Shown here in pieces: positions 34,189 to 42,506 of a DNA stretch of 43,841 nt. A program made the translations under genes and the position numbers. The notes beneath the pieces are model-generated. The model ran no database searches and had not been told where the DNA came from. It worked only from the letters and a program-made list of their open reading frames with translations. This DNA comes from Candidatus Limnocylindrales bacterium. GTDB taxonomy: Bacteria > Chloroflexota > Limnocylindria > Limnocylindrales > CSP1-4. The stretch covers positions 7,536 through 51,376 of the forward strand of contig DAINSJ010000001.1 in NCBI GenBank assembly GCA_036741375.1. The letters run 5' to 3'. Positions within the stretch are counted from its first letter, which is position 1. Each line of letters opens with the position of its first letter.

Positions 34189-34744
34189 CCTCGCGGGCCC
34201 CGGCGGGGGCACGTCGCCCGGGATTCCAGGCCGTCAGCGCCGGCCGCAGCGACGCCGCGATCAGCAGGAGGATCGCGAAGCTGATCGCCGCGTCGGCCAC
34301 GTTGAAGGTGTACCACCGGAGGCTGCCGATCCCGGCATCGACGAAGTCGACGACGTAGCCCAACCGGATGCGATCGACGAGGTTGCCGATCGCGCCGCCC
34401 AGCAGCAGCCCGAGCGTGAGCGTGAGGTACGCGCTTCGCCCGGACCGGCCGTGGTAGAGCACGATCAGCGCGATCACGACCACCGACAGGGCCGCGAACG
34501 GCAGGGCCTGACCGCGCAGCAGCCCGAAGAGGCCGCCGTTGTTCTGGGAGTTGACCAGGCGGACGAGATCGCCGGCCACCGGCATCGATTCGCCGGGGCG
34601 GAGGATCGACACGAGCCAAGCCTTGGCCAGCTGGTCGAGCACGACGATCAGCGCCGTCAGGCCGAAAAACGGCAGCCACAGGGGTCGCCCCACCGCGTCG
34701 CTCGTCTCGCCGGCTACGGTCTTCGCGTCGGTGCCTGTCGTCAC
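34181..34744 (-). CDS. lspA: Lipoprotein signal peptidase (signal peptidase II)
   Basis: VLDQLAKAW...SQNNGGLFGLL...GGAIGNLVDRIRLGYVVDF...FNVADAAI are LspA motifs. GTG 34744 overlaps the ileS stop (GTGA). The track ORF upstream part is artefact. ileS-lspA-rluD is a conserved triad. Confidence 0.9.
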   Translation of the reverse strand: MTTGTDAKTVAGETSDAVGRPLWLPFFGLTALIVVLDQLAKAWLVSILRPGESMPVAGDLVRLVNSQNNGGLFGLLRGQALPFAALSVVVIALIVLYHGRSGRSAYLTLTLGLLLGGAIGNLVDRIRLGYVVDFVDAGIGSLRWYTFNVADAAISFAILLLIAASLRPALTAWNPGRRAPAGAREDG

Positions 34745-37700
34745 GACCGCGTCCTTGCCGCGTGGCTCGAGCGGAGCGCGATCTCGACAGGGCCATCGTC
34801 GAGCTCGACCACGCCACGGACGATGCCGTCGCCGGTCGGCGCAGGGCCCTCGACGAGGTCGGCCAGCGTCTCGCCGGCCACCGACGAGAGGTGCCCGGCG
34901 ACGGCCGCGGGGAGGCCCGAGACCCACAGGTCGATCCGAGCGTCGAGCTCGAGGCCGGCTTCCTTCCGGAGGTCCTGGATCGCGCGCTGGAGCCGGCGCG
35001 CCTCGCCCTCGGCGCGGAGCTCAGGGGTCAGCTCCGTGTCGATGACGACGACGAGGCCTTCGTCGTGGGCGACGGCCGTCCCCGGCCGCGGAATGGCCTG
35101 GATCTCGACCTCGTCCGGCGCGAGGACGTGGCCCGCCAGCTCGACGGACCCATCGGGTCGGATGACCGCGGAGCCGTCCCGCGCCGCGGCCATGACCGCC
35201 GGGATTGCCGATCCAAGGCGCTTGCCGATCTTCGGCAGCAACGGCTTGACCCGGCGTTCCACGAGGTCGGAGTCGTCGCCGATCAGCTCGACGGACTTCA
35301 CATTGAGCTCGTCGGCCATGATCGCCAGCAGTGCGTCCTGCTCGAGGAGAGCGCCACCGGGCAGGGCCAGCCACATCCGGGCGATCGGCTGCCGGGTCGG
35401 GATCCCGGCGGATGAGCGCAGGGTCCGAGCGAGCTCGACAGCGCGGCGGGCCGTCGACATCGCCGACTCGAGCGCGACATCGCGCAGCGCCGCGGGCTGC
35501 GGGAACCCGCTGAGGTGGACGCTCTCCGGGGTCCGCTCGTCGACCGAGCGGTCCGTGAGGTTCTGGTACATCGCCTCGGCCAGGAACGGCAGGAGCGGCG
35601 CCATGGTCCTCGAGATCGTGAGCAGCACCGCGTGCAGGGTGTGGAAGGCGGCGCTGGCGTCGGCCGGATCCACGGCCCGCGAGAACCGCTTCCGCGATCG
35701 CCGCAGGTACCACGTCGAGAGGTCGTCGATGAACTTGCCGATCGCCCGCGCCGCCGCGAGCGCGTCGACCTCGCGCAGATCGGCCTCGACGTCCGCGGTC
35801 AGGCCCGCCGCGCGGGAAAGGATCCAGCGATCCATCGGCGGACGACGATCCGGAGCGGCGGGTGCCGGGTAGTTCCCTGCGGCCACGTCGAAGCCACCAG
35901 CCCGAGCATAGGCCACGAAGAACGCGTACACGTTCCACAGGACCAGGAGCTCGCGCCGGGCTTCATCGGCGGCGTGCCAGCCGAACAGGATGTTGTCTTC
36001 CGGTCGCGCCCTGGCGTACATCCAGCGCATGACGTCGACGCCCATCCGGTCGGCCGCCTCGTCGAACTCGATGGCGTTGCCCCAGCTCTTGCTCATCTGC
36101 CGACCGTCCTCGGCTAAGACGAGGGCGTAGCCGAAGATCGCCTTGAATGGCGGTTCCCGGCGGAGGACCGTCGACATCGCGAGCATCGAGTAGAACCAGT
36201 TCCGGAACTGGCCCGGGAAGCTCTCGGTGATGAAGTCGGCCGGGAACCACTGCTTCCAGTACTCCGGGTCCTCGCGGAAATGCACCGTCGAGAACGGCAC
36301 GATCCCGGCGTCGAGCCAGGGGTTGCCGACGTCGGCGATTCGCTCGACGGGTTCGCCGCAGCCCGGGCACGCAACCTTGACGGCGTCGATGAACGGCCGA
36401 TGCGGCGTATGGCCCTCGAAGGCCTCCCAGCCCTCGATCGCCCGCGACTCGAGCTCCGTTCGACCACCGACGACGTCGAACGTCCCGCACCTCTGGCAGT
36501 CGTAGATCGGCAGCGCCAGGCCCCAGTAGCGCTTCTTGCTGATCATCCAGTCCTGCATGTTCAGGAGCCAGTCGAGCTCGCGCTCGTAGCCGAACGCGGG
36601 GATCCACCGGATCCGGTCGACCACCTCCATGATCTGGTAGCGAAGGCTTGCGTCGACCTGCTCGCGGGTCAGCTGCTCGCGCGGCTCGTCGTAGACCGGG
36701 CCCATGCTGATGTACCACTCGTCCACGAGGCGGAAGACGAGCGCCGTCCCGCAGCGCCAGCAGTGCGGGTATCGATGGCGGATCGTCTCGAGCCGATAGA
36801 ACCGGCCCGTCGCCTTGAGGTGGTGGACGATCGGCTCGGTGACCTCGCGGACGTCGCGACCGGAAAGCGAACCGAATCCGTCGAGGATGATCCCGGCCTC
36901 GTCGAGCGGCGCGACGACCGGCAGACCGAGGCGTTTGCCGAGCTGGAAGTCCTCGGCGCCGCAGCCCGGTGCGACATGGACGATCCCGGTCCCCTCGTCC
37001 TCGCCGACCTCGTCCCAGGCGACCACGCGGTGCTCGTATGGTCGATCCGGCTCGTCGTGCGCGCCCTTCGCGAATGCGGCCTTCACGGCCGGCAGGTCGT
37101 CGTACGGCCCGGCATAACGCCAGCCGACGAGCTCGGCACCGGCACGCTCCTCGACGACCTGGAATGGCCCGACCAATGCCTGCTTGAGGGTTCCCTTCGC
37201 GAGCCAGAATGCCTCGTCGCCCTGCTGGACCTTGACGTAGCGGAGGTCATCGCCGACCGCGGCGGCGACGTTCGAGGTGAGCGTCCATGGGGTCGTCGTC
37301 CAGACGAGCAGCGATTCGCCCGGCCGGTCGAGCAGCGGCAGGCGGATCGTCAGGCCCGGGTCGTCGCGGTCCTGGTAGCCCTCGTTGATCTCGGCCTGCG
37401 AGAGCCCCGTCCCGCAGCGGGCGCACCACGGCATCGTGTCGTGGCCCTTGTAGAGCCAGCCGCGCCGATGGCACTCCGCGAGGAAGCCCCAGATGAGGTC
37501 GTTGTTCTCGTTGCTGAACGTGAAGTAGGAGCCGCCGACCTCCTTGCTCCCAAGGCGGCCGACGAGCATCTCGACGGTGTCGGTCACGGGTCCTGCCGGC
37601 CCCTCGATCGTGGCGAGTTGAGCCGGATTGGCGGCGAGCAGATCGCGCAGCCGGCGGAGCTCGTCCGGATCGTTCCAGTCCATCCACATCCCGAGCCGGA

Positions 37701-38106
37701 TCGACTGCTCGGTCATCCGGGCGGCGTACGTCAGGACCCGCTGCTTGCAGAGGCTGACGAACTCGGCGATGCCGTATTCCTCGATGTCGTGCTTGCTCGT
37801 GAACCCGAGGTCGCGCTCGACGTTGACCTCGACCCACAGCCCCTGGCAGTCGAAGCCGTTCTGCCAGCGCTGATCCTCGCCGAGCATCGCGTGGAAGCGC
37901 TGGAAAAGGTCCTTGTAGGCGCGGCCCCAGGCGTGATGGACGCCCATCGGGTTGTTCGCCGTGATGGGCCCGTCAAGGAAGCTCCAGCGAGGCCCACCGG
38001 CGACCTGGGCGCGGAGCTTCGCGAACGTCCGCCGCTCGCGCCAGAGCTCGAGCGTCTCGTGCTCCATCGCCACGAGATCGGGGCGCGTCGGGACCGGTCG
38101 GAACAT
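34741..38106 (-). CDS. ileS: Isoleucine--tRNA ligase (long, type-2-like form)
   Basis: 1121 aa. PITANNPMGVHHAWGR (HIGH-type), an editing domain, KMSKSWGN (KMSKS), and Zn-binding CxxC pairs (CARCG, CWRCG, CQRCG, CPGCG) are present. Confidence 0.95.
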   Translation of the reverse strand: MFRPVPTRPDLVAMEHETLELWRERRTFAKLRAQVAGGPRWSFLDGPITANNPMGVHHAWGRAYKDLFQRFHAMLGEDQRWQNGFDCQGLWVEVNVERDLGFTSKHDIEEYGIAEFVSLCKQRVLTYAARMTEQSIRLGMWMDWNDPDELRRLRDLLAANPAQLATIEGPAGPVTDTVEMLVGRLGSKEVGGSYFTFSNENNDLIWGFLAECHRRGWLYKGHDTMPWCARCGTGLSQAEINEGYQDRDDPGLTIRLPLLDRPGESLLVWTTTPWTLTSNVAAAVGDDLRYVKVQQGDEAFWLAKGTLKQALVGPFQVVEERAGAELVGWRYAGPYDDLPAVKAAFAKGAHDEPDRPYEHRVVAWDEVGEDEGTGIVHVAPGCGAEDFQLGKRLGLPVVAPLDEAGIILDGFGSLSGRDVREVTEPIVHHLKATGRFYRLETIRHRYPHCWRCGTALVFRLVDEWYISMGPVYDEPREQLTREQVDASLRYQIMEVVDRIRWIPAFGYERELDWLLNMQDWMISKKRYWGLALPIYDCQRCGTFDVVGGRTELESRAIEGWEAFEGHTPHRPFIDAVKVACPGCGEPVERIADVGNPWLDAGIVPFSTVHFREDPEYWKQWFPADFITESFPGQFRNWFYSMLAMSTVLRREPPFKAIFGYALVLAEDGRQMSKSWGNAIEFDEAADRMGVDVMRWMYARARPEDNILFGWHAADEARRELLVLWNVYAFFVAYARAGGFDVAAGNYPAPAAPDRRPPMDRWILSRAAGLTADVEADLREVDALAAARAIGKFIDDLSTWYLRRSRKRFSRAVDPADASAAFHTLHAVLLTISRTMAPLLPFLAEAMYQNLTDRSVDERTPESVHLSGFPQPAALRDVALESAMSTARRAVELARTLRSSAGIPTRQPIARMWLALPGGALLEQDALLAIMADELNVKSVELIGDDSDLVERRVKPLLPKIGKRLGSAIPAVMAAARDGSAVIRPDGSVELAGHVLAPDEVEIQAIPRPGTAVAHDEGLVVVIDTELTPELRAEGEARRLQRAIQDLRKEAGLELDARIDLWVSGLPAAVAGHLSSVAGETLADLVEGPAPTGDGIVRGVVELDDGPVEIALRSSHAARTRS

Positions 38107-38187
38107 GAAACCTCGTCTGGGCCGAGCGGCGGGCGGGTGCCGCTCAGTGGCTCGGAGGTGCCCGGCCGCGGCCGCCGACGGTCCGGC

Positions 38188-38193
38188 TATCCT
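38188..38193 (+). promoter_or_regulatory. Putative -10 hexamer TATCCT 7 nt upstream of LCP-gene ATG (leaderless candidate)
   Basis: The plus strand reads CCGGCTATCCT-acccgcg-ATG, with no Shine-Dalgarno sequence. Confidence 0.4.
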
Positions 38194-38194
38194 A
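38189..38194 (-). promoter_or_regulatory. Putative -10 hexamer TAGGAT for ileS operon
   Basis: The minus strand reads GCGGGTAGGATAGCC, about 83 nt before the ileS ATG. It overlaps the plus-strand LCP -10 with a 1-bp offset. Confidence 0.35.
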
Positions 38195-38200
38195 CCCGCG

Positions 38201-39979
38201 ATGGTCGCCGTCCACGAGTCGTCGTTGCGTCGCCGGTCCGGATTCGTGGCGGCCTTCCTCTCGCTGCTGTTTCCGGGGCTCGGCCACGCCTATCTCGGTG
38301 CGTACCGGCGAGGGCTGGGATTTGCCGCGCCGCCGCTCCTGATCGGGGCGCTGCTCGCCGGAATCTTCGTCCGCATGAACACCGTGGACCTCGTCGGCAT
38401 GGCGGTCCAGGGCTGGTTCCTGACCGCGCTGTTCATCGCCAACCTGGTGGCCCTTGCCTATCGGGCGGCGGCGATCATCGACGCCTGGGCCATCGCCCGG
38501 GCGATCGGGCCGGGTCGCGGCCGGTCGGCGCGATCGTGGCTCCTGTCCGCGGGTGGCGTGTCCGTGGCGGGCCTCGCGGCGGTGCTGCTCGTCATGACCG
38601 TCGCCCATCTCGCGGTCGCCCACTACGACCTGCTCCTCGCCGGCACGGAGGACTGCGTCTTCAATGCCGACGCCTCGTGCGGCGTGGCCGGCTCACCGGC
38701 GCCGGGTGACTCGGCGGGGCCCGCGGCGAGCGTTGCGCCCGGCACCGGCGGTACGTCCATTCCGCCCTGGGACGGCAAGGCCCGACTGAACATCCTGCTC
38801 ATCGGGGCCGACGAGCAGAACGGCGCCCACAACACGGACACGATGATCACGGTCTCGATCGATCCCGCGACGAACCAGATCGTCATGTTCACCCTGCCGC
38901 GCGACACCGTCGACGTCCCGATCCCGCCGACCAACGTCGCCGCCCGGAACCTCTTCGGCGGGACCTACCAGGGCAAGATCAACTCGTGGTTCTCGGTCGT
39001 GAAGGGGCGCTCGGACCTGTATGCCGACAGCGCCAACACGCGCGGCTACACGGGCCTCAAGGACATCCTCGGCAACCTGTACGGCCTCGACATCAAGTAC
39101 TACGTCGAGGTGAACTTCGACGGCTTCCAGAAGGTCGTCGACGCGCTCGGCGGCGTGACCGTGAACGTGCAGATCCCGGTCCTCGACGACCACTATCCGG
39201 TGCCCGCGAGCAGCCAGCACGCCGGGGGTTACCAGCAGCGGCTCTACATTCCGGCCGGCCTGCAGCACATGAGCGGCTTCCAGGCCCTCGAGTACGCGCG
39301 CTCGCGCCACACCTCGACCGACTTCGACCGCGGCGCTCGCCAGCAGCGACTCCTCGTCTCGCTCCGGCGGCAGACCGACATCGCCCAGGTCCTGCCCTCG
39401 ATCAACGCCCTGACGGACGCGCTGAAGCAGTCGATTCGCACGGACATCCCGCGGGAGCTCGTGCCGCAGCTGCTCGGGCTCGCCCAGCGCATCGACAGCC
39501 ACGCGATCCGCTCGGTGATCTTTACTCCGCCGTTCTACCAGCACGAATGCCTGAACTGCCCGCCGCGCGGCTACATCATCGTCCCGAACGTGGCGCGCAT
39601 CCGGGCTGCGGTGAAGGAGGCCTTCACGATCGACCCGAACTTCGAGGCGGCGCGGAATGCCCTGACGGCGGAGGGCGCGACGGCCTGGGTGCTCAACGGC
39701 ACGACCCAGACGGGCGAGGCATCGCGCGTGGCGGAGTTCCTCGACTACCTCGGGATCTCAGCCACGGCGCCGAACCAGAAACCCGACGTCACCGGACTCT
39801 CGGCGACCACGATCCGGATGTACAACGGCGCCGCCGATCGAGATCCGCTGACGGTGGCGGCCCTGCGCCAGGTGTTCGGGGTCGAGCCGGTTGCCGTCGC
39901 GGACCCGAAGGTCCACGTTGATTTCATCGTCATCACCGCGAGGACGACGCCGAACCTGACGCCCCCGCCGCTCCCCTAG
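38201..39979 (+). CDS. LytR-CpsA-Psr (LCP) family cell-envelope phosphotransferase with polytopic N-terminal domain and LytR_C-type C-terminal domain
   Basis: From ATG 38201, 592 aa. About 4 predicted TM helices come first (FLSLLFPGLGHAYLG..., LLIGALLAGIF..., WFLTALFIANLVALAY..., GVSVAGLAAVLLVM...). The LCP core follows: LNILLIGADE...HNTDTMITVSIDP...MFTLPRDT...KINS...GGV.V.V...Q.M.G..AL.YARSRH...DF.R..RQQ. A C-terminal LytR_C-like region is also present (WVLNGT...IRMYNG). The first 83 codons of the track ORF lie in antisense ileS and are artefact. Confidence 0.85.
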   Translation: MVAVHESSLRRRSGFVAAFLSLLFPGLGHAYLGAYRRGLGFAAPPLLIGALLAGIFVRMNTVDLVGMAVQGWFLTALFIANLVALAYRAAAIIDAWAIARAIGPGRGRSARSWLLSAGGVSVAGLAAVLLVMTVAHLAVAHYDLLLAGTEDCVFNADASCGVAGSPAPGDSAGPAASVAPGTGGTSIPPWDGKARLNILLIGADEQNGAHNTDTMITVSIDPATNQIVMFTLPRDTVDVPIPPTNVAARNLFGGTYQGKINSWFSVVKGRSDLYADSANTRGYTGLKDILGNLYGLDIKYYVEVNFDGFQKVVDALGGVTVNVQIPVLDDHYPVPASSQHAGGYQQRLYIPAGLQHMSGFQALEYARSRHTSTDFDRGARQQRLLVSLRRQTDIAQVLPSINALTDALKQSIRTDIPRELVPQLLGLAQRIDSHAIRSVIFTPPFYQHECLNCPPRGYIIVPNVARIRAAVKEAFTIDPNFEAARNALTAEGATAWVLNGTTQTGEASRVAEFLDYLGISATAPNQKPDVTGLSATTIRMYNGAADRDPLTVAALRQVFGVEPVAVADPKVHVDFIVITARTTPNLTPPPLP

Positions 39980-39980
39980 G

Positions 39981-40985
39981 TCAGCGCGAGGTGATCGGCG
40001 TGAGCCAGTGGGCGAAGCGCGGATCCTGGCCTCGAACCGCGGCGAAGTACCCGTCGGCCAGCCGCCGGCTGATCGGTCCCACCTTGCCGGAGCCGATCGG
40101 GCGATGGTCGACCTCGATGACGGGCGACATCTGGACGCCGGTCCCGCACAGGAACATCTCGTCCGCGATGTAGACCTCGGACCGGTTGATCGAGCGGATG
40201 TCGACCGGGATGCCGAGCGTCTCGGCGAGCTCGAGGATGGCCAGCCGCGTGACGCCTTCGAGGATGTCGTCCGTGACCGTCGGCGTGATCAGGCGTCCGT
40301 CACGGACGATGAACATGTTGGCCGCCGACGCCTCGGACGCGTGGCCGTCGTGGGTCAGGACGAGGGCCTCGTCGAAGCCGTTGAGCTCGGCCTCGGACTT
40401 CTGGAAGGCCATGTTCACGTAGCCGCCGACGATCTTGCCGCGGGCCGGGAGCGCGTCGTCCGCGTTCCGTCGCCAGGTGGACGTCATCAGCCGCACGCCG
40501 AGGTCCGTGTCGATGTAGTTGCCGAACGGGACCGTGAACACCGTCAGCTCGTGGTCGAGGTTATGGAGCCGAACGCCCACGGCCCGCGAGGACAGGTAGA
40601 AGCACGGCCGGATGTAGACGTCCTGGTGGAAGTCGTTCCGGCGGGTGACCTCGGTCACGATCTCGACGAGCTCGTCGACCGTCGGGAGATCGCGCATCAG
40701 GAGCATCCCGGCGTTCTTCCGGATGCGCTCCATGTGCTCCCGGAACTTCAGGCCGTAGAGGACGCCGTCATCGGCGTTCCAGTACGCCCGGATACCCTCG
40801 AAGACGGCCGTTCCGTACATGAACGCGTGGGTCATGATGTTGACCTTGGCGTCCCGAAGGGGCACGTACTGGCCCTCGAAGTAGGTGACGAGGTCGTCGA
40901 TCGGCGTCGGGGCGGGCGCCAGAGTCGGGGCGGGGCCCGCTGCGGGGCTGGTCGCCGGAACGTCCTGCGGCTTCTTGGTGAGCAT
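39981..40985 (-). CDS. ilvE: Branched-chain amino acid aminotransferase
   Basis: 334 aa from ATG 40985, with GAGGAG upstream. YGTAVFEGIRAY...ARGKIVGGYVNMAFQKSEA...EASAANMFIV...ILEGVTR...EMFLCGTG are class IV PLP aminotransferase motifs. Track ORF 39981..42044 is fused with artefactual upstream frame. Confidence 0.88.
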   Translation of the reverse strand: MLTKKPQDVPATSPAAGPAPTLAPAPTPIDDLVTYFEGQYVPLRDAKVNIMTHAFMYGTAVFEGIRAYWNADDGVLYGLKFREHMERIRKNAGMLLMRDLPTVDELVEIVTEVTRRNDFHQDVYIRPCFYLSSRAVGVRLHNLDHELTVFTVPFGNYIDTDLGVRLMTSTWRRNADDALPARGKIVGGYVNMAFQKSEAELNGFDEALVLTHDGHASEASAANMFIVRDGRLITPTVTDDILEGVTRLAILELAETLGIPVDIRSINRSEVYIADEMFLCGTGVQMSPVIEVDHRPIGSGKVGPISRRLADGYFAAVRGQDPRFAHWLTPITSR

Positions 40986-41048
40986 TCCTGCGGGACTCCT
41001 CGTGATCGCGGCACGGGCCGTCGGGAAGGTGGACGGTGCAGTCGGCCG

Positions 41049-41054
41049 AGTATA
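41049..41054 (-). promoter_or_regulatory. Putative -10 hexamer TATACT upstream of ilvE
   Basis: The minus strand reads GGGGTATACT-CGGCCG, between the antiporter stop (41078) and the ilvE ATG (40985). Confidence 0.4.
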
Positions 41055-41077
41055 CCCCGCTGCCCGGGGCCCTCCGA

Positions 41078-42118
41078 TCAGCTTCCGGCGGCCACGGCGA
41101 CGAGGCCGAGGTACAGGATGTAGAAGGCCACCCCGACAAGGAGGTGGCGGCCGCGCATCCGTCCCGTCCGGTAGACCGGCACGAACACGGCCGCCGTGGA
41201 GAGGAACGCGAAGGCCGCGCTGGCGAAGGCGATTCGCGTCCCCGGCGCGAACGTCCACGCCGCCGGCGCGAAGACGAGGGCGACGATCGTCGCGATCGAG
41301 GCCTGGAACACCATCGCCCCCGAGATGTTGGCCATCGCGAGCGTGTCCTTGCCCTGGCGGACCCAGATGATCGCGTTGAACGCCTCTGGCAGCTCCGTCG
41401 CCATCGGGGCAACGATCAGGGCGAGCAGCACCTCGTTGACGCCGAGCGTCCGGGCGATGTCCGAGACGGCCCCGACGAAGGTGACCGCGCCGACGACGAT
41501 CAGGCCGACGCCGAGCAGCACCTGGAGGCTGACGACGCGCAGGCGGGGCGAGTCGGCCTCGGGCGACGAACCCCGGTCGAGCCGATCGAGCCGCAGCGGG
41601 TTCAAGCCCTCCGAGCCGATGCTCGATTCGGCGGCCAGGTGGTTCCGGACGTAGCGGCCGTAGAGGAGGATGAGTGCGGCGGCAACGACGAGCTTCGGCC
41701 AGGCCGGCTCGATCGGCAGGAAGGCCGCGCCGATCGCGAGCGCGTACGCCACCGCGAATGCGCGGACGTCGACGCCCATCACCGTGCGGTCGACGGCCAG
41801 GACTTCGCCGCCTGCACGTCGCTTGCGCTGCGCGATCACGACCAGCCCGGTGACGCCGAAGGCGAGGGTCGAGAGCATGAAGGGCGCCCCGAGAATCGCC
41901 CCGATGCCGACGTCGCTGCTGTTCGCGTCCGAGGAGAACAGGATCGCGACGACCGGGATCGTCGTCTCGGGCAGGGCGGTCCCGACCGCCGCGAGCACGG
42001 ACCCGACGGCGCCCTCCGACAGCCCCATCTTGTGGCCGAACCACTCGATGCCGTTCGTGAAGAGCTCGGCGCCGACGAGGATGACGACGAACGAGAACAG
42101 GAGGATCAGCAGGTCCAT
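41078..42118 (-). CDS. Ca2+/cation antiporter (CaCA, YrbG-like sodium/calcium exchanger family) membrane protein
   Basis: 346 aa and polytopic. Two alpha-repeat-like motifs are present: GSVLAAVGTALPETTIPV and ALIVAPMATELPEAFNAI (G/A-T-x-LPE). Confidence 0.8.
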   Translation of the reverse strand: MDLLILLFSFVVILVGAELFTNGIEWFGHKMGLSEGAVGSVLAAVGTALPETTIPVVAILFSSDANSSDVGIGAILGAPFMLSTLAFGVTGLVVIAQRKRRAGGEVLAVDRTVMGVDVRAFAVAYALAIGAAFLPIEPAWPKLVVAAALILLYGRYVRNHLAAESSIGSEGLNPLRLDRLDRGSSPEADSPRLRVVSLQVLLGVGLIVVGAVTFVGAVSDIARTLGVNEVLLALIVAPMATELPEAFNAIIWVRQGKDTLAMANISGAMVFQASIATIVALVFAPAAWTFAPGTRIAFASAAFAFLSTAAVFVPVYRTGRMRGRHLLVGVAFYILYLGLVAVAAGS

Positions 42119-42128
42119 CGGCAGCGCC

Positions 42129-42506
42129 TCAGCTCGCCGCCGTGCCGGTCACGACGCCGATCGCGATTACGATGAGGATCGCGGCGGCCACGAGCGCCAT
42201 GCGCCGCTCGCCCGATCGGGAGAAACCGACCAGGGCAGCAGCTACCCGACCCGCGGGCGTCGCCACGACGCCGAGGATTCCGAGCCATAGGAAGCCCGCC
42301 GGCTGTAGGCCGAGCAGGTCAGGGATCAGGCGAGACGGATCGAGCGCCGGCGCCGCGTCGAGCGGCGATCGACCAGAACCGATCAGGAGCAGCGTGCCGA
42401 TCGCGATGAGCCCAACCGAGACATAAGTGCCGATGGTGAGCAGGCGCCCGATCGACGACTCGAGCGAGCGCGAGGCGCCCGACGACACGCGATCGCCAGC
42501 CATCAC
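42129..42506 (-). CDS. DUF1634 domain membrane protein
   Basis: 125 aa with 3 TM helices. IGRLLTIGTYVSVGLIAIG matches my recollection of DUF1634. It follows a TauE/SafE gene, the usual pairing. The start GTG 42506 overlaps the upstream stop; ATG 42503 is an alternative. Confidence 0.65.
   Translation of the reverse strand: MMAGDRVSSGASRSLESSIGRLLTIGTYVSVGLIAIGTLLLIGSGRSPLDAAPALDPSRLIPDLLGLQPAGFLWLGILGVVATPAGRVAAALVGFSRSGERRMALVAAAILIVIAIGVVTGTAAS

Noticed and set aside
38107-38187. T-box or cobalamin element in the ileS leader. Actinobacterial ileS genes can carry a T-box, and the leader contains GCCACUG.
   Set aside because: No T-box sequence (…GGUGGUACCGCG…-like) is present, and I see no specifier loop with AUC. 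GCCACUG alone is far too short to call a B12 box. A CCGAGC/GCUCGG hairpin exists, but Shine-Dalgarno sequestration would rest on about 3 bp.
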